This document shows, in pieces, positions 11,969-25,600 of a DNA stretch of 58,581 nucleotides. A program made the position numbers and the translations under genes. Positions within the stretch are counted from its first letter, which is position 1. Each line of letters begins with the position of its first letter. The DNA comes from Nemertoderma westbladi (taxonomy: Eukaryota; Animalia; Xenacoelomorpha): positions 1 to 58,581 of the forward strand of contig JAUCBJ010008588.1 of the NCBI GenBank assembly GCA_032718475.1, given 5' to 3'. Below the pieces are notes generated by a model. That model was not told the DNA's origin. It did no database searches and worked only from the letters and a program-made list of their open reading frames with translations.

Positions 11969-12684
11969 TGGGGGGCTCTGACCCCTTAAAATTGTTGTTG
12001 TATTAAGAGAGACTTGTGTACTAAAATATTATATTATGGTGAAGTACAGGATGCGTAGTAGAAATTTCTGAGGTTAACAAATATTTAATGTAAATAACGC
12101 AATAGTTTTTTTTTATAGTTTTGTATTTGCCATAGTTTTTATTTGTACGTGATCCCCTTAAAGATTTTTTTTACATTTTGTAATCTTTTGCATTTTGTAA
12201 TCAATTTTGATTGTAATCCAGATAACATTAGAACTGGCTTCATAGTAGTCTCTGAATATGAAACCAGTTTTAAATTTCACATACAATTTCCGGAGATATA
12301 TGAAAAATTCAAACGCAACTTTATAGACGTAAATCGTTACCATTAATTCTAAAACAGAACAATAAATCAGAATATAAACAAGACGTTCTACCTACTCCAA
12401 CCAACTCTACCTACCTCTAACTCTATAGCAAATGGAGCGGAAAAAATGAATTCGCCACCAGCGGGGAATCAGAATTATATATAGGATAAGCCTATTTCTT
12501 CTCAAAATATATCCATTTGAATTTTGATAATTCCGACAATTCTCGGTGTGGGAAATATTAAACTGATTTCATCAGACACTGAATATGAAGCCGGTTAATT
12601 AAAAAGGCAATTGTCTAGAAGAGATATTGCGCCACCCAGGGACGCAGCGGTTACTATGGACTATATTTACCCCATTATATTTAG

Positions 12685-12864
12685 ATGTCGGAGTGAGTGA
12701 AGATGATACGCCTCTAGCAGCAACCGCGGTATCCGAGACTTCCGGTAAGGTTGGACGGGCGCGTCCGTCGTCTGGGATACTTTGCGTTGTCGAGAATCGC
12801 ACCAGAAGTCTGGGGAAGTTGTCCCGAACCCAGTTGAAGGATCCACTACCGGCGTACATGGAGG
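12685..12864 (+). CDS. RGS22: RGS22-like exon (DVGVSEDD...PAYME)
   Basis: atttag acceptor, G|gtgagt donor, phase 1-1, GC-richer than its flanks. Confidence 0.75.
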
Positions 12865-13084
12865 GTGAGTCATTTATTTTTTATTTCCGTACATGTTTCA
12901 TGTACGGAAATTATATAAATTTAAATTATATATATTGAATATTTATATATATATTATATAAAATGAAATTATATAATTTACCAGTATACCGCATTAGTCT
13001 ACAAAATTGGCTTTCCTGTGGATTATGTTTTTTTAATTTTTATTGTTTTAATAAATTATCCTAACTTATATCCTGTCTGCCTAG

Positions 13085-13294
13085 ATAAACGCCCGTGGTT
13101 GGCTGCCCAGAGCGCCGGTAATTTACCTGTTAGATCTGTTTCCCCTGCGAATACAGAACAACCAATCAGAGTGGCCGTTACACAATACACCGAGGGGGAT
13201 CCACCAATCAGATCTTCGTTTCGGAGTGTGGCCGAACTTAGTGAATCACTGGTAGAGGATGCATTCAATGAAGTGTTTCAGTATCATATTCACG
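13085..13294 (+). CDS. RGS22: RGS22-like exon (DKRPWLAAQ...QYHIH)
   Basis: gcctag acceptor, G|gttggt donor, phase 1-1. Confidence 0.7.
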
Positions 13295-13565
13295 GTTGGT
13301 TTTATGTCTACCCGGCCGCGGCCTATGCTGTAAATAATTACCACCATAGGCTACATAACACTTACTGCTAAAATCAGTACGTTGGAACTTAGAGTACTCA
13401 ATCTACTATCCAAAGCTACTGTATATGGATTTAAAACGATACTATAGTGAACCATTCAAATTTTTTCAACACAACAACCACACAGGTTCTACTGTACTGT
13501 ACTATTGTACCGTTTCTGGGTACTGGTTGTCTGGCTACTCTAAAAGTATTAGTATTTCCTCATAG

Positions 13566-13736
13566 ACGACTCATCTGAACGAGCCCTTCCCAGTCGGCCA
13601 ATCACAGCGCGTTCTGCAATAGCCAGAGGGACCCAATCTCGTATCGGTTCAGCTTTTACCGACACCAGTTGCTATGGTTCCATGGCGCCGTTATCACGAC
13701 TATCTGAAGTTGATCTCGATTCCGAAGTTTCAGCGT
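13566..13736 (+). CDS. RGS22: RGS22-like exon (DDSSERALPSRP...SEVSA)
   Basis: ctcatag acceptor, gtgagt donor, phase 1-1. Confidence 0.75.
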
Positions 13737-13766
13737 GTGAGTACGAAATATTTACGCCATAGTTTG

Positions 13767-15014
13767 TGTATAAAGTAGCACTTTATATAATTACACAACA
13801 AGGGTCGTATAAAGTAGCACTTTATATATATAATTACACAACGAGGGTCGTATAAAGTAGCACTTTATATATATAATTACACAACAAGGGTCGTATAAAG
13901 TAGCACTTTATATATATAATTACACAACGAGGGTCGTATAAAGTAGCACTTTATATATATAATTACACAACGAGGGTCGTATAAAGTAGCACTTTATATA
14001 TATAATTACACAACGAGGGTCGTATAAAGTAGCACTTTATATATATAATTACACAACGAGGGTCGTATAAAGTAGCACTTTATATATATAATTACACAAC
14101 GAGGGTCGTATAAAGTAGCACTTTATATATATATTTACACAACGAGGGTCGTATAAAGTAGCACTTTATATATATAATTACACAACGAGGGTCGTATAAA
14201 GTAGCACTTTATATATATATTTACACAACGAGGGTCGTATAAAGTAGCACTTTATATATATAATTACACAACGAGGGTCGTATAAAGTAGCACTTTATAT
14301 ATATATTTACACAACGAGGGTCGTATAAAGTAGCACTTTATATATATAATTACACAACGAGGGTCGTATAAAGTAGCACTTTATATATATAATTACACAA
14401 CGAGGGTCGTATAAAGTAGCACTTTATATATATAATTACACAACGAGGGTCGTATAAAGTAGCACTTTATATATATAATTACACAACGAGGGTCGTATAA
14501 AGTAGCACTTTATATATATAATTACACAACGAGGGTCGTATAAAGTAGCACTTTATATATATAATTACACAACGAGGGTCGTATAAAGTAGCACTTTATA
14601 TATATAATTACACAACGAGGGTCGTATAAAGTAGCACTTTATATATATAATTACACAACGAGGGTCGTATAAAGTAGCACTTTATATATATATTTACACA
14701 ACGAGGGTCGTATAAAGTAGCACTTTATATATATAATTACACAACGAGGGTCGTATAAAGTAGCACTTTATATATATATTTACACAACGAGGGTCGTATA
14801 AAGTAGCACTTTATATATATAATTACACAACGAGGGTCGTATAAAGTAGCACTTTATATATATATTTACACAACGAGGGTCGTATAAAGTAGCACTTTAT
14901 ATATATAATTACACAACGAGGGTCGTATAAAGTAGCACTTTATATATATATTTACACAACGAGGGTCGTATAAAGTAGCACTTTATATATATAATTACAC
15001 AACGAGGGTCGTAT
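13767..15014. repeat. 43-bp intronic tandem array, ~29 near-identical copies
   Basis: Unit cgtataaagtagcactttatatatataattacacaacgagggt; ten units span exactly 14021-14451. Confidence 0.97.
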
Positions 15015-15244
15015 AGTAGACAACTGATAGGCTATGTAATTTTATTCCCTAATTGGGACATTATCTATCAGTTGAAAAATAATTAAACAAATAATTCTAA
15101 CAAAAAATTTATCAACAACTGTTTTCAAAAAAAATTTGATTTTAACAGATAGTTTTATTTTTATGTTTAACAGTCAGTTATGTAAATAATAACTCGGTTG
15201 TTAAATAATTCCATAAAATATTATTTGAACTGCAGCAATTTTAG

Positions 15245-15464
15245 GTAAACTTAATTCCGATGGAGAATCCTCGACGGAATCGGAACCGGACTTCCCTGTA
15301 AATCCGGCATTCCGTCGCTACAAACAGAGGGATTTTACGTGTTTGAGAGGCGTCGAAGAGTTCAAACGGTTCCTAAAAGGAACTTATGGGATCAACTGTT
15401 GGAAACTTTGGGTTGATGTTGACCAGGCTAAGAGAACATTGAAGGATGACATTGACATACAGAA
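15245..15464 (+). CDS. RGS22: RGS22-like exon, first RGS-like domain (GVEEFKRFLKGTYGINCWKLWVDVD)
   Basis: ttttag acceptor, gtaggt donor, phase 1-2, RGS helix motif. Confidence 0.88.
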
Positions 15465-15810
15465 GTAGGTTGTGCATGCGCATAATTACAATAAACATAA
15501 AACTACCAGTTACAGACTTGTCTACCAGACTCGGGTAACGCTTGTAGGAGTCACTTTTGGATTGTTCTGACACCCGAGACGCCAAGTCCACCTGCGAGTT
15601 ATCATGTCAATTTAGTTTTAAATATTTTCCAGGAAACTTTAAATAATATGCCAACCAACAATTATTAATATTTTGTAGATTGATTATTTCGAATTATGTT
15701 GAATTCCATAAATAGTCAATCCACAATCTGTAAAGTCTTTTATTTGTAACATTTTTTCACCTTCAAATTTTTATACTTTCATGAAGGCCTATTTTCTATT
15801 TTCATCGCAG

Positions 15811-15972
15811 ATTTATAAACGATATGAAAGACAAATATTTGTATGTTGGCAGTGAAGATCAACTTTCTCCCCACTCCCTCCGTAACTTGGGCTTGGATGG
15901 CCCTCTGCAGTGGTCCTGGACACAGCTTACCAATCTCCAAGACAAACTCATCGAGCCATTACTTCTTTATTG
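15811..15972 (+). CDS. RGS22: RGS22-like exon (FINDMKDKYL...EPLLLYW)
   Basis: tcgcag acceptor, gtgagc donor, phase 2-2. Confidence 0.88.
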
Positions 15973-16057
15973 GTGAGCAATTCTCTTACACAAATTTAAA
16001 ATTTAAATTCTGAATTAGAAATGTAATCTTATGAAATGTACGAACATTTATTTGCAG

Positions 16058-16234
16058 GGGGCCCCGATTTCTTTCGGACCAGGAACATCGCCATTCTCGT
16101 CAGCTATCGGCTAATTATAATTACCGGCGGCAGTGCCAGATACAACCGCCACCGAGTAGACCCTCGTCTGGGATCAATCCACATCCTAAACTAGCAAATA
16201 ACCTGCCTCTAAGACCCCAATCTTGTGTTCCAAG
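16058..16234 (+). CDS. RGS22: RGS22-like exon (GPRF...LPLRPQSCVP)
   Basis: tttgcag acceptor, AG|gtaaaa donor, phase 2-2. Confidence 0.88.
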
Positions 16235-16415
16235 GTAAAACAGCTTAGATAGATATTTAGACGAAATGGTACCTTATATGATTATAATTACTTACTATTT
16301 GCATGGTTATTAATATTGTTAGAAATCTGTTATTACATAGATATGAAATACACTATTTACTTGTATAAAAATTTCTTATTTTGGGGAATTACATCCTTTA
16401 ATTTTCGTTTGTTAG

Positions 16416-16607
16416 TATCCAAAGATCCCAACCGGAACCGTTGTTAAGGAAACAAATAGAGGCCAAACTATTCCAAAACCAGTTGCCTAACATTTCCGAA
16501 CAAATAAAGGCAGCGAGGGTTGAACTTCGTCGTAAATCTGCTTTTATTAGCAAGAAATCTGGAAGTGGTCAAAAGAGAAGAAAAAGTTCCAGAACAAACA
16601 GTGTAAG
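16416..16607 (+). CDS. RGS22: RGS22-like exon whose 3' end and donor seed the 51-bp array (minimal form)
   Basis: tgttag acceptor, in frame with ORF 16441. The first AG|gttggt donor (16608) gives the phase 2 required by exon 31142. Confidence 0.8.
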
Positions 16608-19600
16608 GTTGGTTACAGGTCAAAAGAGAAGGAAAAGTACCAGAACAAACAGTGTAAGGTTGGTTACAGGTCAAAAGAGAAGAAAAAGTACCAGAACAAA
16701 CAGTGTAAGGTTGGTTACAGGTCAAAAGAGAAGGAAAAGTGCCAGAACAAACAGTGTAGGGTTGGTTACAGGTCAAAAGAGAAGAAAAAGTACCAGAACA
16801 AACAGTGTAAGGTTGGTTACAGGTCAAAAGAGAAGGAAAAGTGCCAGAACAAACAGTGTAGGGTTGGTTACAGGTCGGAAGAGAAGGAAAAGTACCAGAA
16901 CAAACAGTGTAGGGTTGGTTACAGGTCGGAAGAGAAGGAAAAGTACCAGAACAAACAGTGTAAGGTTGGTTACAGGTCAAAAGAGAAGGAAAAGTGCCAG
17001 AACAAACAGTGTAGGGTTGGTTACAGGTAAGAAGAGAAGGAAAAGTGCCAGAACAAACAGTGTAAGATTGGTTACAGGTCAAAAGAGAAGGAAAAGTGCC
17101 AGAACAAACAGTGTAGGGTTGGTTACAGGTCGGAAGAGAAGGAAAAGTGCCAGAACAAACAGTGTAGGGTTGGTTACAGGTCGGAAGAGAAGGAAAAGTA
17201 CCAGAACAAACAGTGTAAGGTTGGTTACAGGTCAAAAGCGAAGAAAAAGTACCAGAACAAACAGTGTAAGGTTGGTTACAGGTCAAAAGAGAAGGAAAAG
17301 TGCCAGAACAAACAGTGTAGGGTTGGTTACAGGTCGGAAGAGAAGGAAAAGTGCCAGAACAAACAGTGTAGGGTTGGTTACAGGTCGGAAGAGAAGGAAA
17401 AGTACCAGAACAAACAGTGTAAGGTTGGTTACAGGTCAAAAGAGAAGGAAAAGTGCCAGAACAAACAGTGTAGGGTTGGTTACAGGTAAGAAGAGAAGGA
17501 AAAGTGCCAGAACAAACAGTGTAAGATTGGTTACAGGTCAGAAGAGAAGAAAAAGTGCAAGAACAAACAGTGTAAGGTTGGTTACAGGTCAAAAGCGAAG
17601 AAAAAGTTCCAGAACAAACAGTGTAGGGTTGGTTACAGGTCAAAAGAGAAGGAAAAGTGCCAGAACAAACAGTGTAGGGTTGGTTACAGGTAAGAAGAGA
17701 AGGAAAAGTGCCAGAACAAACAGTGTAAGGTTGGTTACAGGTCAAAAGAGAAGGAAAAGTGCCAGAACAAATAGTGTAAGGTTAGTTATAGGTCAGAAGA
17801 GAAGGAAAAGTGCCAGAACAAACAGTGTAAGGTTGGTTACAGGTCAGAAGAGAAGGGAAAGTGCAAGAACAAACAGTGTAAGATTGGTTACAGGTCAAAA
17901 GAGAAGAAAAAGTGCAAGAACAAACAGTGTAAGATTGGTTACAGGTCAGAAGAGAAGAAAAAGTGCAAGAACAAACAGTGTAAGGTTGGTTACAGGTCAA
18001 AAGAGAAGGAAAAGTGCCAGAACAAACAGTGTAGGGTTGGTTACAGGTCAAAAGAGAAGGAAAAGTGCCAGCACAAACAGTGTAGGGTTGGTTACAGGTC
18101 AAAAGAGAAGGAAAAGTGCCAGAACAAATAGTGTAAGGTTAGTTATAGGTCAGAAGAGAAGGAAAAGTGCCAGAACAAACAGTGTAAGGTTGGTTACAGG
18201 TCAGAAGAGAAGGGAAAGTGCAAGAACAAACAGTGTAAGATTGGTTACAGGTCAAAAGAGAAGAAAAAGTGCAAGAACAAACAGTGTAAGATTGGTTACA
18301 GGTCAAAAGAGAAGGAAAAGTGCCAGAACAAACAGTGTAGGGTTGGTTACAGGTCGGAAGAGAAGGAAAAGTACCAGAACAAACAGTGTAAGGTTGGTTA
18401 CAGGTCAAAAGAGAAGGAAAAGTGCCAGAACAAACAGTGTAGGGTTGGTTACAGGTAAGAAGAGAAGGAAAAGTGCCAGAACAAACAGTGTAAGATTGGT
18501 TACAGGTCAGAAGAGAAGAAAAAGTGCAAGAACAAACAGTGTAAGGTTGGTTACAGGTCAAAAGCGAAGAAAAAGTTCCAGAACAAACAGTGTAGGGTTG
18601 GTTACAGGTCAGAAGAGAAGGAAAAGTACCAGAACAAACAGTGTAAGGTTGGTTACAGGTCAAAAGAGAAGGAAAAGTGCCAGAACAAACAGTGTAGGGT
18701 TGGTTACAGGTAAGAAGAGAAGGAAAAGTGCCAGAACAAACAGTGTAAGATTGGTTACAGGTCAGAAGAGAAGAAAAAGTGCAAGAACAAACAGTGTAAG
18801 GTTGGTTACAGGTCAAAAGCGAAGAAAAAGTTCCAGAACAAACAGTGTAGGGTTGGTTACAGGTCAAAAGAGAAGGAAAAGTGCCAGAACAAACAGTGTA
18901 GGGTTGGTTACAGGTAAGAAGAGAAGGAAAAGTGCCAGAACAAACAGTGTAAGGTTGGTTACAGGTCAAAAGAGAAGGAAAAGTGCCAGAACAAATAGTG
19001 TAAGGTTAGTTATAGGTCAGAAGAGAAGGAAAAGTGCCAGAACAAACAGTGTAAGGTTGGTTACAGGTCAGAAGAGAAGGGAAAGTGCAAGAACAAACAG
19101 TGTAAGATTGGTTACAGGTCAAAAGAGAAGAAAAAGTGCAAGAACAAACAGTGTAAGGTTGGTTACAGGTCAGAAGAGAAGGAAAAGTGCAAGAACAAAC
19201 AGTGTAAGATTGGTTACAGGTCAAAAGAGAAGAAAAAGTGCCAAAAACAAACAGTGTAAGGTTGGTTACAGGTCAGAAGAGAAGGAAAAGTACCAGAACA
19301 AACAGTGTAAGGTTGGTTACAGGTCAGAAGAGAAGGAAAAGTGCCAGAACAACTAGTGTAAGGTTGGTTACAGGTCAGAAGAGAAGGAAAAGTGCCAGAA
19401 CAAACAGTGTAAGATTGGTTACAGGTCAGAAGAGAAGGAAAAGTGCAAGAACAAACAGTGTAAGATTGGTTACAGGTCAGAAGAGAAGGAAAAGTGCCAG
19501 AACAACTAGTGTAAGGTTGGTTACAGGTCAGAAGAGAAGGAAAAGTGCCAGAACAAACAGTGTAAGATTGGTTACAGGTCAGAAGAGAAGGAAAAGTGCC

Positions 19601-22600
19601 AGAACATCTAGTGTAAGGTTGGTTACAGGTCAGAAGAGAAGGAAAAGTGCCAAAAACAAACAGTGTAAGGTTGGTTACAGGTCAGAAGAGAAGGAAAAGT
19701 GCCAGAACAACTAGTGTAAGGTTGGTTACAGGTCAGAAGAGAAGGAAAAGTGCAAGAACAAACAGTGTAAGATTGGTTACAGGTCAGAAGAGAAGGAAAA
19801 GTGCCAGAACATCTAGTGTAAGGTTGGTTACAGGTCAGAAGAGAAGGAAAAGTGCCAAAAACAAACAGTGTAAGGTTGGTTACAGGTCAGAAGAGAAGGA
19901 AAAGTGCCAAAAACAAACAGTGTAAGGTTGGTTACAGGTCAGAAGAGAAGGAAAAGTGCTTGAACAAACAGTGTAGGGTTGGTTACAGGTCAAAAGAGAA
20001 GGAAAAGTGCCAGAACAAACTGTGTAAGGTTAGTTAGTTATAGGTCAGAAGAGAAGGAAATGTGCCAGAACAAATAGTGTAAGGTTAGTTAGTTATAGGT
20101 CAGAAGAGAAGGAAAAGTGCCAGAACAAACTGTGTAAGGTTAGTTAGTTATAGGTCAGAAGAGAAGGAAATGTGCCAGAACAAATAGTGTAAGGTTGGTT
20201 ACAGGTCAAAAGAGAAGGAAAAGTGCCAGAACAAACAGTGTAAGGTTGGTTATAGGTCAGAAGAGAAGGAAAAGTGCCAGAACAAACAGTGTAAGATTGG
20301 TTACAGGTCAAAAGAGAAGGAAAAGTGCCAAAAACAAACAGTGTAAGATTGGTTACAGGTCAGAAGAGAAGGAAAAGTGCCGGAACAAACAGTGCAAGGT
20401 TGGTTACAGATCAGAAGAGAAGGAAAAGTGCCAGAACAAACAGTGTAAGATTGGTTACAGGTCAGAAGAGAAGGAAAAGTGCCAAAAACAAACAGTGTAA
20501 GGTTGGTTACAGGTCAAAAGAGAAGGAAAAGTGCCAGAACAAACAGTGCAAGGTTGGTTACAGATCAGAAGAGAAGGAAAAGTGCCAGAACAAATAATGT
20601 AAGGTTGGTTACAGGTCAGAAGAGAAGGAAAAGTGCCAAAAACAAACAGTGTAAGGTTGGTTACAGGTCAGAAGAGAAGGAAAAGTGCCAGAACAAACAG
20701 TGTAAGATTGGTTACAGGTCAGAAGAGATGGAAAAGTGCCAAAAACAAACAGTGTAAGATTGGTTACAGGTCAGAAGAGAAGGAAAAGTGCCAAAACAAA
20801 CAGTATAAGTTTGGTTACAGGTCAGAAGAGAAGGAAAAGTACCGGAACAAACAGTGCAAGGTTGGTTACAGATCAGAAGAGAAGGAAAAGTGCCAGAACA
20901 AACAGTGTAAGATTGGTTACAGGTCAGAAGAGTAGGAAATGTGCCAGAACAAACAGTGTAAGGTTGGTTACAGGTCAGAAGAGAAGGAAAAGTGCCATAA
21001 ACAAACAGTGTAAGGTTGGTTACAGGTCAGAAGAGAAGGAAAAGTGCCAAAACAAACAGTGTAAGATTGGTTACAGGTCAGAAGAGTAGGAAATGTGCCA
21101 GAACAAACAGTGTAAGGTTGGTTACAGATCAGAAGAGAAGGAAAAGTGCCAGAACAAACAGTGTAAGATTGGTTACAGGTCAGAAGAGTAGGAAATGTGC
21201 CAGAACAAACAGTGTAAGGTTGGTTACAGGTCAGAAGAGAAGGAAAAGTGCCAAAACAAACAGTGTAAGATTGGTTACAGGTCAGAAGAGTAGGAAATGT
21301 GCCAGAACAAACAGTGTAAGGTTGGTTACAGATCAGAAGAGAAGGAAAAGTGCCAGAACAAACAGTGTAAGATTGGTTACAGGTCAGAAGAGTAGGAAAT
21401 GTGCCAGAACAAACAGTGTAAGGTTGGTTACAGGTCAGAAGAGAAGGAAAAGTGCCAAAAACAAACAGTGTAAGGTTGGTTATAGGTCAGAAGAGAAGGA
21501 AAAGTGCCAGAACAAACAGTGTAAGATTGGTTACAGGTCAGAAGAGTAGGAAATGTGCCAGAACAAACAGTGTAAGGTTGGTTACAGGTCAGAAGAGAAG
21601 GAAAAGTGCCAAAAACAAACAGTGTAAGGTTGGTTACAGGTCAGAAGAGAAGGAAAAGTGCCAAAACAAACAGTGTAAGATTGGTTACAGGTCAGAAGAG
21701 AAGGAAAAGTACCGGAACAAACAGTGCAAGGTTGGTTACAGATCAGAAGAGAAGGAAAAGTGCCAGAACAAACAGTGTAAGGTTGGTTACAGGTCAGAAG
21801 AGAAGGAAAAGTGCCAAAACAAACAGTATAAGTTTGGTTACAGGTCAGAAGAGAAGGAAAAGTACCGGAACAAACAGTGCAAGGTTGGTTACAGATCAGA
21901 AGAGAAGGAAAAGTGCCAGAACAAACAGTGTAAGATTGGTTACAGGTCAGAAGAGTAGGAAATGTGCCAGAACAAACAGTGTAAGGTTGGTTACAGGTCA
22001 GAAGAGAAGGAAAAGTGCCAAAAACAAACAGTGTAAGGTTGGTTACAGGTCAGAAGAGTAGGAAATGTGCCAGAACAAACAGTGTAAGGTTGGTTACAGG
22101 TCAGAAGAGAAGGAAAAGTGCCAAAAACAAACAGTGTAAGGTTGGTTACAGGTCAGAAGAGAAGGAAAAGTGCCAAAAACAAACAGTGTAAGGTTGGTTA
22201 CAGGTCAGAAGAGAAGGAAAAGTGCCGGAACAAACAGTGCAAGGTTGGTTACAGATCAGAAGAGAAGGAAAAGTGCCAGAACAAACAGTGTAAGATTGGT
22301 TACAGGTCAGAAAAGAAGGAATAGTGCCATAACAAATAATGTAAGGTTGTTTACAGGTCAGAAGAGAAGGAAAAGTGCCAAAAACAAACAGTGTAAGGTT
22401 GGTTACAGGTCAGAAGAGAAGGAAAAGTGCCAAAAACAAACAGTGTAAGGTTGGTTACAGGTCAAAAGAGAAGAAAAAGTGCCAGAACAACAGTGTAAGG
22501 TTGGTTGCAGGTCAGAAGAGAAGGAAAAGTGCAAGAACAAACAGTGTAAGGTTGGTTACAGGTCAAAAGAGGAGAAGGAAAAGTGCCAAAAACAAACAGT

Positions 22601-25600
22601 GTAAGGTTGGTTACAGGTCAAAAGAGAAGAAAAAGTGCCAGAACAACAGTGTAAGGTTGGTTGCAGGTCAGAAGAGAAGGAAAAGTGCAAGAACAAACAG
22701 TGTAAGATTGGTTACAGGTCAAAAGAGAAGGAAAAGTGCCAAAAACAAACAGTGTAAGGTTGGTTACAGGTCAAAAGAGAAGAAAAAGTGCCAGAACAAC
22801 AGTGTAAGGTTGGTTATAGGTCAGAAGAGAAGGAAAAGTGCCAGAACAAACAGTGTAAGGTTGGTTATAGGTCAGAAGAGAAGGAAAAGTGCCAAAAACA
22901 AACAGTGTAAGGTTGGTTACAGGTCAAAAGAGAAGAAAAAGTGCCAGAACAACAGTGTAAGGTTGGTTGCAGGTCAGAAGAGAAGGAAAAGTGCAAGAAC
23001 AAACAGTGTAAGGTTGGTTGCAGGTCAAAAGAGAAGGAAAAGTGCCAAAAACAAACAGTGTAAGGTTGGTTACAGGTCAAAAGAGAAGAAAAAGTGCCAG
23101 AACAACAGTGTAAGGTTGGTTGCAGGTCAGAAGAGAAGGAAAAGTGCAAGAACAAACAGTGTAAGATTGGTTACAGGTCAAAAGAGAAGGAAAAGTGCCA
23201 GAACAAACAGTGTAAGGTTAGTTACAGGTCAAAAGAGAAGGAAAGGTGCCAGAACAACAGTGTAAGGTTGGTTACAGGTCAGAAGAGAAAGAAAAGTGCC
23301 AAAACAAACAGTATAAGTTTGGTTACAGGTCAGAAGAGAAGGAAAAGTGCCGGAACAAACAGTGCAAGGTTGGTTACAGATCAGAAGAGAAGGAAAAGTG
23401 CCAGAACAAACAGCATAAGGTTGGTTACAGGTCAGAAGAGAAAGAAAACTGCCAGAACAAATAATGTAAGGTTGGTTACAGGTCAGAAGAGAAGGAAAAG
23501 TGCCAAAAACAAACAGTGTAAGGTTGGTTACAGGTCAGAAGAGAAGGAAAAGTGCCAAAACAAACAGTATAAGTTTGGTTACAGGTCAGAAGAGAAGGAA
23601 AAGTGCCGGAACAAACAGTGCAAGGTTGGTTACAGATCAGAAGAGAAGGAAAAGTGCCAGAACAAACAGTGTAAGATTGGTTACAGGTCAGAAGAGTAGG
23701 AAAAGTGCCAGAACAAACCGTGTAAGGTTGGTTACAGGTCAGAAGAGAAGACAAAGTGCCAGAACAAACAGTGTAAGGTTGGTTTCAGGTCAGAAGAGAA
23801 GACAAAGTGCCAGAACAAACAGCATAAGGTTGGTTACAGGTCAGAAGAGAAAGAAAACTGCCAGAACAAATAATGTAAGGTTGGTTACAGGTCAGAAGAG
23901 AAGGAAAAGTGCCAAAAACTAACAGTGTAAGGTTGGTTACAGGTCAGAAGAGAAGGAAAAGTGCCAGAACAAACAGTGTAAGGTTGGTTACAGGTCAAAA
24001 GAGAAGGAAAAGTGCAAGAACAAACAGTGTAAGATTGGTTACAGGTCAAAAGAGAAGGAAAAGTGCCAGAACAACAGTGTACGTTTGGTTACAGGTCAGA
24101 AGAGAAGGAAAAGTGCCAGAACAAATAGTGTAAGGTTAGTTACAGGTCAGAAGAGAAGGAAAAGTGCAAGAACAACAGTGTAAGGTTGGTTACAGGTCAG
24201 AAGAGAAGGAATAGTGCCAGAACAAATAGTGTAAGGTTGGTTACAGGTCAGAAGAGAAGGACTAGTGCCAGAACAAATAGTGTAAGGTTGGTTACAGGTC
24301 AGAAAAGAAGGAATAGTGCCAGAACAAATAATGTAAGGTTGGTTACAGGTCAGAAGAGAAGGAAAAGTGCCAAAAACAAACAGTGTAAGGTTGGTTACAG
24401 GTCAGAAGAGAAGGAAAAGTGCAAGAACAAACAGCCTAAGATTGGTTACAGGTCAAAAGAGAAGGAAAAGTGCCAGAACAACAGTGTACATTTGGTTATA
24501 GGTCAAAAGAGAAGGAAAAGTGCCAGAACAACAGTGTACGTTTGGTTACAGGTCAGAAGAGAAGGAAAAGTGCCAGAACAAATAGTGTAAGGTAAGTTAC
24601 AGGTCAGAAGAGAAGGAAAAGTGCAAGAACAACAGTGTAAGGTTGGTTACAGGTCAGAAGAGAAGGAATAGTGCCAGAACAAATAGTGTAAGGTTGGTTA
24701 CAGGTCAGAAGAGAAGGAAAAGTGCCAGAACAAACAATGTAAGGTTGGTTACAGGTCAGAAGAGAAGGAAAAGTGCCAGAACAAACAGTGTAAGGTTGGT
24801 TACAAGTCAGAAGAGAAGGAAAAGTGCCAGAACAAATAATGTAAGGTTGGTTACAGGTCAGAAGAGAAGGAAAAGTGCCAAAAACAAACAGTGTAAGGTT
24901 GGTTACAGGTCAGAAGAGAAGGAAAAGTGCCAGAACAAACAGTGTAAGGTTGGTTACAGGTCAAAAGAGAAGGAAAAGTGCCAGAACAAATAATGTAAGG
25001 TTGGTTACAGGTCAGAAGAGAAGGAAAAGTACCAAAAACAAACAGTGTAAGGTTGGTTAGGTTACAGGTCAGAAGAGAAGGAAAAGTGCAAGAACAAACA
25101 GTGTAAGATTGGTTACAGGTCAAAAGAGAAGGAAAAGTGCCAAAAACAAACAGTGTAAGGTTGGTTACAGGTCAGAAGAGAAGGAAAAGTGCCAAAAACA
25201 AACAGTGTAAGGTTGGTTACAGGTCAGAAGAGAAGGAAAAGTGCCAGAACAAACAATGTAAGGTTGGTTACAGGTCAGAAGAGAAGGAAAAGTGCCAGAA
25301 CAAACAGTGTAAGGTTGGTTACAAGTCAGAAGAGAAGGAAAAGTCCCAGAACAAATAATGTAAGGTTGGTTACAGGTCAGAAGAGAAGGAAAAGTGCCAG
25401 AACAAACAATGTAAGGTTGGTTACAGGTCAGAAGAGAAGGAAAAGTGCCAGAACAAACAGTGTAAGGTTGGTTACAAGTCAGAAGAGAAGGAAAAGTGCC
25501 AGAACAAATAATGTAAGGTTGGTTACAGGTCAGAAGAGAAGGAAAAGTGCCAGAACAAACAGTGTAAGGTTGGTTACAAGTCAGAAGAGAAGGAAAAGTG

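Noticed and set aside
16441-19356. Standalone 971-aa protamine-like gene
   Set aside because: It begins at TTG inside an RGS22 exon with an upstream acceptor. It is exon read-through into the array, so it is treated only as a possible isoform extension.
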